Assembly (NCBI GenBank): GCA_052386995.1
Contig: JBQTJP010000243.1
Location: 1 to 52,239 of the forward strand
Direction: 5' to 3'
DNA: 52,239 bases
From: Armatimonadota bacterium
GTDB taxonomy: Bacteria; Sysuimicrobiota; Sysuimicrobiia; Sysuimicrobiales; Humicultoraceae
Made by a program: the position numbers and the translations under genes. Positions 46,408 through 52,239 of the stretch are shown here, in pieces. The notes beneath the pieces were generated by a model. That model ran no database searches. It was not told the DNA's origin and was given only the letters and a program-made list of their open reading frames with translations. Each line of letters opens with the position of its first letter. Positions within the stretch are counted from its first letter, which is position 1.

Positions 46408-46481
46408 CGGCGGGCTGGACAACGTGCCGTGGCGACGCTAAGGCTTTAGCTCGGTGCGCTGTGCGAAGGACGCGGCCGCTT

Positions 46482-46856
46482 TTAGGGGAAGCAGACCGTA
46501 ACCTCTCGGAGCGACCCCTTGTCTATGGGCACGGCCGCTTTGAAGCCGACGCCCACATAGCCTCCGCCGACGGTCCCCTGGATCTGCTTCGTACGTCCGA
46601 GATTATCCGTGGCCACCAGGGCAACCCACGACGTGTTCCCCCGTACATTCGCGTCGCCGGAGATCAGCGATCCCGATCCTTGCTGGGTCACCTGGACGCG
46701 AAAGAACGACTGGTCGACCCGGCAGGTCGAGAAGCCGAGCGTGTCAACGGGCGGCGCTCCCGTCGCAGGCGAGATGAGGGAGCCAAGAACGACCCCCACC
46801 GCCATTCCCAGCGCAACTAAAGCCGCATTGCGTCCCCACCGTGGGCATCCGGTCAC
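46482..46856 (-). CDS. Hypothetical secreted beta-rich protein (124 aa)
   Basis: AGAAGGAGG RBS before GTG 46856; signal peptide (AALVALGMAVGVVLGSLISPATG); two Cys in the mature part. It is the C-terminal portion of track ORF 46482..47927. Confidence 0.6.
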   Translation of the reverse strand: MTGCPRWGRNAALVALGMAVGVVLGSLISPATGAPPVDTLGFSTCRVDQSFFRVQVTQQGSGSLISGDANVRGNTSWVALVATDNLGRTKQIQGTVGGGYVGVGFKAAVPIDKGSLREVTVCFP

Positions 46857-47018
46857 AGACTGAGATCCTCCTTCTGAGGAGACCCCTCTACCTGGAAGTC
46901 TACCCAACATGTTGGGGCGCCGGGACGGTGCCGCGTTCGGCCGTACGCGTATCCCTGCATTCGGCGCCATGTCGGGGCTGAAGGACATGCCTGGGACCGA
47001 CGAGAATCGAGGCCCACC

Positions 47019-48647
47019 GTGGCTCGGTTGACCGGGGGCGAAGCACTCGTGCAGTCGCTCTATCGTGAGGGCGTCCGCGCGGTGTTCGGCGTGCCCGGCG
47101 TTCAGATCTACGGCGTGATGGCGGCGCTGCGGGACGAGCCGCGGATTCGCTTCATCACGACCAGGCACGAGCAGGCCGCGAGCTACATGGCCGACGGGTA
47201 TGCCCGGGCCGGAGGCAATTTTGGTGTTGCCTTGGTGGTGCCCGGTCCCGGGCTCCTGAATGCGTCGGCGGGCCTCAGCACGGCCTACGCCGCCTCGTCG
47301 CCGGTCCTGATCATCGCCGGACAGATCCCGAAGGCCCAGATCGGGAAGAACGTCGGCGTCCTCCATGAAGTGAACGATCAGCTGGATGTCATCGCGCCCA
47401 TCACCAAGTGGCGCAGGCGCGTGCTCGATGTGCCGGAGATTCCGGGGGCCGTTCATGCGGCGGTGCGTCAGCTGAAGACCGGGCGACCGCGTCCGGTCGA
47501 GATCGAGCTGCCGCCTGAGACCATGGAAGAGGAGGGCGAGGTGACGTTCGTCGAGCCCGATCATACGGTCCGGCCATCGGCGGATCCGGCCGCGGTGGAC
47601 GACGCGGTGGCGCTGCTCGCCGCGTCGGCACACCCCGTCATCTACGCGGGCGGTGGCGTTCACACATCGGACGCGCACGAAGCCCTGCGTGCGGTCGCCG
47701 AGTTTCTCCAGGCGGGGGTCGCTCAATCCGCCGAAGGCAAGGGCGCCATCAGCGATCGTCACCCTCTGTCGCTCGGCGCAGCCATGTGGCCGGGAAGCCC
47801 CTTGAAGGCGTACGTCGATCGCGCCGACGTCCTTCTGGCTGTGGGCAGTCGGCTGGTGGCGGGATTCCCACAAGACCAGCAGGTCATTCAGATCGATGTC
47901 GACGCCGACGAGATCGGTAGGAACCACGTGAAGACCCTGGGCCTCCTCGGAGACGCCCGCGCCACCCTGCGGCAGATGCTTGGCCGACTACGCGCCCGGT
48001 CAAGCCCCCGGCCGTCTCGAGAAGCAGAGCTCGCGGCGCTGCGAGCCGAAGTGGCCTCAACAGGCGTTCAGGAGCCTCAGGCGTCTATCCTGAAGAGTCT
48101 CCGTGCCGGCGCCCCCGATGATGCCATCCTCGTTACGGACATGACGCAGCTCGGCTACTACTCGCGACCCTTTTGGCCGGTCTACGAGCCGCGGACGTAT
48201 CTCACCCCATCCTACGCAGGGACGCTCGGCTATGCCTTCCCGACCGCGCTAGGGGCCAAAGTCGCCCGGCCCCATCAGCCTGTGCTCGCGGTGTGCGGCG
48301 ATGGAGGGTTCCTGTTCAATGCACAGGAGCTCGCGACGGCCGTTCAGTACAGCATCAACACCATCGTGGTGCTCTTCAACGACAATTCCTATGGGAATGT
48401 GGCCCGTGATATGGACGAAGCCTGGGGCGGCGCTTTTGGGACCGATCTTCACAACCCGGACTTCATGAAGCTCGCCCAGGCCTACGGGGTCGCGGGCATG
48501 CGCGCGAAAGAGCCAACCGACGTCGGCGACCTCGTCAGGGAGGCCGTGGCCTTGAACCACCCAGTGCTGATCGAGATCCCTGTCGGACGCCTGAGCGGCC
48601 CGCCGTACCGTTCCCCGCGGCGGGTACCGGCAAAGTACCGGCGCTGA
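47019..48647 (+). CDS. Thiamine pyrophosphate-dependent enzyme (acetolactate synthase-like or decarboxylase family)
   Basis: FGVPG, RHEQAASYMADGYAR, GPGLLN, GTLGYAFP, GDGGF...NDN TPP-binding motif. Confidence 0.9.
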   Translation: MARLTGGEALVQSLYREGVRAVFGVPGVQIYGVMAALRDEPRIRFITTRHEQAASYMADGYARAGGNFGVALVVPGPGLLNASAGLSTAYAASSPVLIIAGQIPKAQIGKNVGVLHEVNDQLDVIAPITKWRRRVLDVPEIPGAVHAAVRQLKTGRPRPVEIELPPETMEEEGEVTFVEPDHTVRPSADPAAVDDAVALLAASAHPVIYAGGGVHTSDAHEALRAVAEFLQAGVAQSAEGKGAISDRHPLSLGAAMWPGSPLKAYVDRADVLLAVGSRLVAGFPQDQQVIQIDVDADEIGRNHVKTLGLLGDARATLRQMLGRLRARSSPRPSREAELAALRAEVASTGVQEPQASILKSLRAGAPDDAILVTDMTQLGYYSRPFWPVYEPRTYLTPSYAGTLGYAFPTALGAKVARPHQPVLAVCGDGGFLFNAQELATAVQYSINTIVVLFNDNSYGNVARDMDEAWGGAFGTDLHNPDFMKLAQAYGVAGMRAKEPTDVGDLVREAVALNHPVLIEIPVGRLSGPPYRSPRRVPAKYRR

Positions 48648-48654
48648 TTGGTGA

Positions 48655-49578
48655 TCATCCGACCCACCAGCGGGCCACCTCGCGCCCGAGGACGTCCAAA
48701 TCTGGAAAGCGTGCCTCTACGTCGCGGATAAACCGCGCGGCCTGCCGGGGTGTCGGGATGAGATCCCGTCGAGGCACCGCGAAATCGTACACGGAGAGCG
48801 CACCGGTCGGAAGGATCGTGTCGAGGGCGACAATCTCCGTATGCCGATGCCTCAGCACCGTCTCGTAGACGCGCCGGTACGTGAGCGGGTCGTAGGGCAC
48901 GCCGGCTGGATCGCGCGGCGATGGCACTCCGCCCGGGGCGGCCGCCGCTTCGGACGTGATCCCCAGCGTCTGCGCCACCTGCGCCAGCGCGTGCCAGAGG
49001 TCGCGGAGCACCTGAGGTGTCGCGTCCTCGCGCTCCTGGGCATGCAGTGGGTGCGTAACGCGCCGCTCGCGCTCGAGCTCGAGGAATTCTCTCACTTCAC
49101 GCGACGGCACGGGAATGACGAAGCGACACTCCGTGGCGGTCAGGAGGGGTTCGGCGGCGTCGTTCGCTCGGCGGGCCAGCTCGATGAAGCGATGGCCCAC
49201 GAACGGCGTCTCGCCGATGAGGATGTCTTCGGAACCGGCTCCCGCCGCCCACTCGACAATGACGGCGCGGGCCCACAGGCCCGCGGCCATGCGGATGACG
49301 TCATGCGAGACGCCGTCCCGCGGTGGGTAGCGTGCGGCGGCGTCGCTCCTCTCAATCGCCGGACGTGCGACATCCCACTGCAGGAGATGAACGGTGCGGC
49401 CCGCGGCGTGCGCGAGATGGGCGAGTTGATGGGTGAGGAGACTCTTGCCCGTTCCCGGAAGCCCGGCGAAAAACACCATGCGCTGTCCGGCCAGAGTTTT
49501 GAGTTGAGTGAAGAGCTGGGTATCACCTCGTGCGACGAGGCGAGACGGTTCCTCGCTCTGCGGATCGTCCCCCGGCAT
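48655..49578 (-). CDS. Hypothetical P-loop NTPase/kinase-like protein
   Basis: Walker A FFAGLPGTGKS and LIGETP Walker B-like segment. Start estimated at ATG 49578. Confidence 0.7.
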   Translation of the reverse strand: MPGDDPQSEEPSRLVARGDTQLFTQLKTLAGQRMVFFAGLPGTGKSLLTHQLAHLAHAAGRTVHLLQWDVARPAIERSDAAARYPPRDGVSHDVIRMAAGLWARAVIVEWAAGAGSEDILIGETPFVGHRFIELARRANDAAEPLLTATECRFVIPVPSREVREFLELERERRVTHPLHAQEREDATPQVLRDLWHALAQVAQTLGITSEAAAAPGGVPSPRDPAGVPYDPLTYRRVYETVLRHRHTEIVALDTILPTGALSVYDFAVPRRDLIPTPRQAARFIRDVEARFPDLDVLGREVARWWVG

Positions 49579-50500
49579 TCGCTCCACCGCCGTAAACTGG
49601 CGTGAGCCATTCGCGGTACGCGGGCTTTTCCCCACGGACCACCGCGAAGTAGCAGTCGCGGATCGCCTTTGTGAGCGGTCCCATTCGGCGCCCATCGCCC
49701 AGCGGCAGCCGATCGATCGACAGGATGGGAGTAATCTCCCAGCCGCTGCCGCAAAGAAAGGCCTCGTCGGCAACCGAGACCTCCGTCCGATCGATGTCAC
49801 GCTCCACTGCCTCCACCCCAAGTTCTCGCCGGAACAATTCGAGGAGGGTCGCCCGCGTTACCGACTCGAGGATATCGGCCGTCACCGGCGGAGTCATCGG
49901 GACTCCGCGCCGGACCACGAAGCAGCAGGCGCCGGGCGCCTCGGCCAGCTTGCCGCGCGAGTTCAGAAGCAGAGGGGCGTCGTAGCCGTTGATCTTGGCC
50001 TCGAGGGTCGCCAGCCGCCCGTTCTGATAGTTGGCCGAGCACTTGATCCGGGGCGGCATGCTGCCGTCGGCGATCCGAATCCAGGAGGAGACGCAGGCCG
50101 CGATCCCCTCCCTGGTGCTACCATCGCGCGGGCGCGCATCAACCGCGAGGCCAACCGGACCCGTGGCGTCCATCGCTCCGTCCGCCTCGACCAGGGCGGA
50201 CTGACGGACATGGACATCCTCACGGTACGCATTCTTGCGCAGGACTTCCAGAATGGACGCGCCGAGTTCCTCTCGGGTGAAGCTGTGCTCCATGCGCATG
50301 AGCCGGAGTGACTCGTAGAGGCGGTCGATGTGCTCCTTGAGCCGAAAGACGTACAGTTCCTCCTGCCGCTCGTTCCAGTACGCCCTGAGGCCCTCGAAGA
50401 CCGAGGCACCGTATTTGACGGCCGCCGACTGCACGTGGATCAGGGCATCGCTGTACGCGACGATCTTGCCGTTCAGGTACAGGTAGCGTGAGGCCGCCAA
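49523..50500 (-). CDS. ilvE: Branched-chain amino acid aminotransferase (PLP fold IV)
   Basis: YGASVFEGLRAY, FRLKEHIDRL, catalytic Lys in RIKCSANY, ILESVTR, ADEAFLCGSGWEITP. Confidence 0.88.
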   Translation of the reverse strand: MAASRYLYLNGKIVAYSDALIHVQSAAVKYGASVFEGLRAYWNERQEELYVFRLKEHIDRLYESLRLMRMEHSFTREELGASILEVLRKNAYREDVHVRQSALVEADGAMDATGPVGLAVDARPRDGSTREGIAACVSSWIRIADGSMPPRIKCSANYQNGRLATLEAKINGYDAPLLLNSRGKLAEAPGACCFVVRRGVPMTPPVTADILESVTRATLLELFRRELGVEAVERDIDRTEVSVADEAFLCGSGWEITPILSIDRLPLGDGRRMGPLTKAIRDCYFAVVRGEKPAYREWLTPVYGGGANAGGRSAERGTVSPRRTR

Positions 50501-50645
50501 GGACGTGGTCCTCCGAGGAAGAATGTGCGCCCGATCAGTTCATGCGGACACTTCGATGGCTGGATCAATCACCCCTCTGGCGGGAGGCGCACAGCACGAC
50601 GCAGAATCTGCGACGCAAGATGTGGGAACGGACGGCGAGTATTCT

Positions 50646-51251
50646 ATGATTCCAACGCTTCCGGCGGAGACGCGGCGCGAACTTGCGGAACTGGCCGACG
50701 CCTACGGCCACCCACTGGTGCGAAGTATCGATCTTGCGCCAAATAGCTACCTGACGCCGGAGAACCTCGGCGTCGGGGCGGGTGAGGTCTGCATGGTTGT
50801 ACGCAGGAGCAACGGCCAACTGCTGACGTTTCGAAAGACCTTCTATCCACCGGGCGTCTTCAGGCTCCTCACGGGCGGCATCGCCTCCGGCGAGCGCATG
50901 TTGGATGCCGTACGCCGCGAGAGTCACGAGGAAACAGGGCTTGAGACCGAAGTCCGGCGACTGCTGGCGGTCGTCGCGTATGGACCCGAACGTGGAGACT
51001 CCCCTTCAATCTTTCATACCGTCGCATTCCTTCTGGACGAGGTCGGCGGGACACTCGGGGCGCTCGACGAGCGTGAGCACGTGGAGGCGTTTCGCGACAT
51101 CGAGCTCCCTGAGTTGCTCGCGATCGCCGACCAGCTGGATCATCTGGATCTCGGGTACGCCAAAGAACTACACAGCCGCTGGTGTGATTGGGGCCGTTTT
51201 CGCGCCGTCATCCACCGCGTTGTCTGGGACGCCTTACAGTCCCCGGTGTGA
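50646..51251 (+). CDS. NUDIX hydrolase
   Basis: Nudix box GGIASGERMLDAVRRESHEETGL. Start estimated at ATG 50646. Confidence 0.85.
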   Translation: MIPTLPAETRRELAELADAYGHPLVRSIDLAPNSYLTPENLGVGAGEVCMVVRRSNGQLLTFRKTFYPPGVFRLLTGGIASGERMLDAVRRESHEETGLETEVRRLLAVVAYGPERGDSPSIFHTVAFLLDEVGGTLGALDEREHVEAFRDIELPELLAIADQLDHLDLGYAKELHSRWCDWGRFRAVIHRVVWDALQSPV

Positions 51252-51277
51252 CATGACCGAGGCCCGCGGGTGTTAAG

Positions 51278-51664
51278 TTAAATTCTGAATGTCAGAAAGT
51301 CGATCGTCGGGCCTTTCGGCGGCGGCTGCACCTTCAGGCTGTCGGCGGCCAGCACGACCTCCACGCGATCGGCGATGAGGCGATTGCCAACCATCCGCCC
51401 TTCCGCCCGGACAACGTCATTTGGAACGACGGCCGTGAACGAGTCTCGTTGCCCCAAGACCCGTGTGGTGCTGGTGGTTACGACCGGGAGTTGCCTGTTA
51501 TTTGCGAGCAGTGTCAACGTTGTGCCGTTCTTGGCCGTCACGAATCCCTTGGCCGTCAGGTAATCCTGTCCGGCGGCGGCCGCGCTGGCTTCCGCCGAAA
51601 ACCATGCGACGTGCAGCACGGCGAGCACGCCGACCAGAATGATTGAGCGAATCTGCAAGCGCAT
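51278..51664 (-). CDS. Exported DUF5666-like (OB-fold) protein
   Basis: Signal peptide, then KGFVTAKNGTTLTL...TTRV...DVVRAEG...LIADRVEV pattern. Confidence 0.6.
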   Translation of the reverse strand: MRLQIRSIILVGVLAVLHVAWFSAEASAAAAGQDYLTAKGFVTAKNGTTLTLLANNRQLPVVTTSTTRVLGQRDSFTAVVPNDVVRAEGRMVGNRLIADRVEVVLAADSLKVQPPPKGPTIDFLTFRI

Positions 51665-51755
51665 AGTCACCACACTCCCAAAGACGTTATCGGGCGCGTA
51701 CGCTCTTACGCTTTTTTACCCTTCGTAATCCTTACTCTAACAGGGGAGCACGGCG

Positions 51756-52112
51756 CTAGGCGTCAACCAGAATCTTGAAACCGCCGTAGACCATGCGTTT
51801 GACGTCGAAGGGCATCACCTTCGGATCCATCATCTCCGCGAGTCGCGGGTCTTTCATCACGTTCGCATTCACGCGATCGCGATGCGCGCGCGATTTGAAC
51901 ACGATCCAGGAGAAAACCACCGTCTCGCCGTTCTTGAGCTTGACGCTGCGCGGGAATGGTACCCCAAACTTCACCTTGAGGTCGTCGCCGACGCATTCCC
52001 GGTATTCGAGGGCGCCGTGCTCCCGCCAAATCTTGCCCGCCTTCTGGGCCATGCGGCGGTAGGTCTGCACGCTCTTCTTTGCGACGGGCAAGACAAATCC
52101 ATCAACGTATCG
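51756..52112 (-). CDS. DUF1428 (YbaA) family protein with no canonical start codon (possible pseudogene)
   Basis: RYVDGFVLPV...GALEYRECVGDD...ETVVFSWI...RDRVN...MPFDVKRMVYGGF. In-frame TAG at 52139-52137 with no ATG/GTG/TTG between it and YVDGF. Confidence 0.8.
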   Translation of the reverse strand, partial: RYVDGFVLPVAKKSVQTYRRMAQKAGKIWREHGALEYRECVGDDLKVKFGVPFPRSVKLKNGETVVFSWIVFKSRAHRDRVNANVMKDPRLAEMMDPKVMPFDVKRMVYGGFKILVDA

Positions 52113-52239
52113 CCGGACGGTCTTGACCGGCTGAACCTAGGCTCTACCTACACGTCGAACTAGGCTCCGCGAAATCGACACGTCGAACGGTCTTTTTTCG
52201 GTCAGCGCCGCCACTTCGCATCGAGGCTCCACGGTCCCG

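Noticed and set aside
41907..46449. Long plus-strand ORFs (41907..43925, 672 aa; 44356..46449, 697 aa) and similar antisense ORFs across the window
   Set aside because: They lie antisense to well-supported genes, have no motifs, and are expected shadows in high-GC DNA.
46857..47927. N-terminal 357 codons of ORF 46482..47927
   Set aside because: Antisense to the TPP enzyme; only the part from GTG 46856 has an RBS and signal peptide.
52202..52239. Possible 3' end of an upstream minus-strand gene (...WSLDAKWRR*)
   Set aside because: Too short to support without the adjacent sequence.
1..52239. tRNA, rRNA, transposase, integrase or phage genes
   Set aside because: No such motifs recognised by eye; intergenic gaps are short and otherwise explained. 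tRNAscan and Infernal were not run.

Overview
High-GC bacterial window, almost entirely minus-strand coding from ~46.9 kb down to position 1. Its core is an outer-membrane (OM)/LPS biogenesis supercluster whose gene order resembles that of diderm Terrabacteria; an Armatimonadota-like or diderm-Firmicutes-like origin is inferred from gene order only. In transcription order: glmU, prs, wecA/tagO, wecB, an exported barrel-sandwich protein, two SpoIVB (S55) proteases, tamB, a sigma factor, a membrane protein, bamA, a hypothetical, three Skp/OmpH genes, lpxD, a hypothetical, lpxC, fabZ, lpxA, lpxI, lpxB, lptC, lptA, lptB, a single lptF/G, two ArnT-like GT-C enzymes, DUF3084, two MFS-like/'spermidine synthase'/TPR fusions, then a cobalamin riboswitch followed by btuB-like receptor, MJ0570/Dph6-type ATP pyrophosphatase, DUF6580 transporter and tonB, ending in a partial yqgF-like gene. 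No msbA, lpxK, waaA or kds genes are present, and LpxA and LpxB have atypical substrate-binding residues. The right end holds an internally deleted corA, a LapA-like gene, an orphan secreted protein, a TPP enzyme, a P-loop protein, ilvE, a NUDIX hydrolase, a DUF5666-like protein and a DUF1428 gene lacking a canonical start. Best candidates for undescribed systems: (1) a B12-regulated uptake module with a possible corrinoid amidating enzyme; (2) a paired ArnT plus paired membrane SAM-transferase envelope-modification module tied to an atypical lipid A pathway; (3) an S55 protease/sigma/anti-sigma circuit inside the OM operon. No CRISPR, tRNA, rRNA or transposase was recognised. All calls come from manual motif reading; no searches were run.
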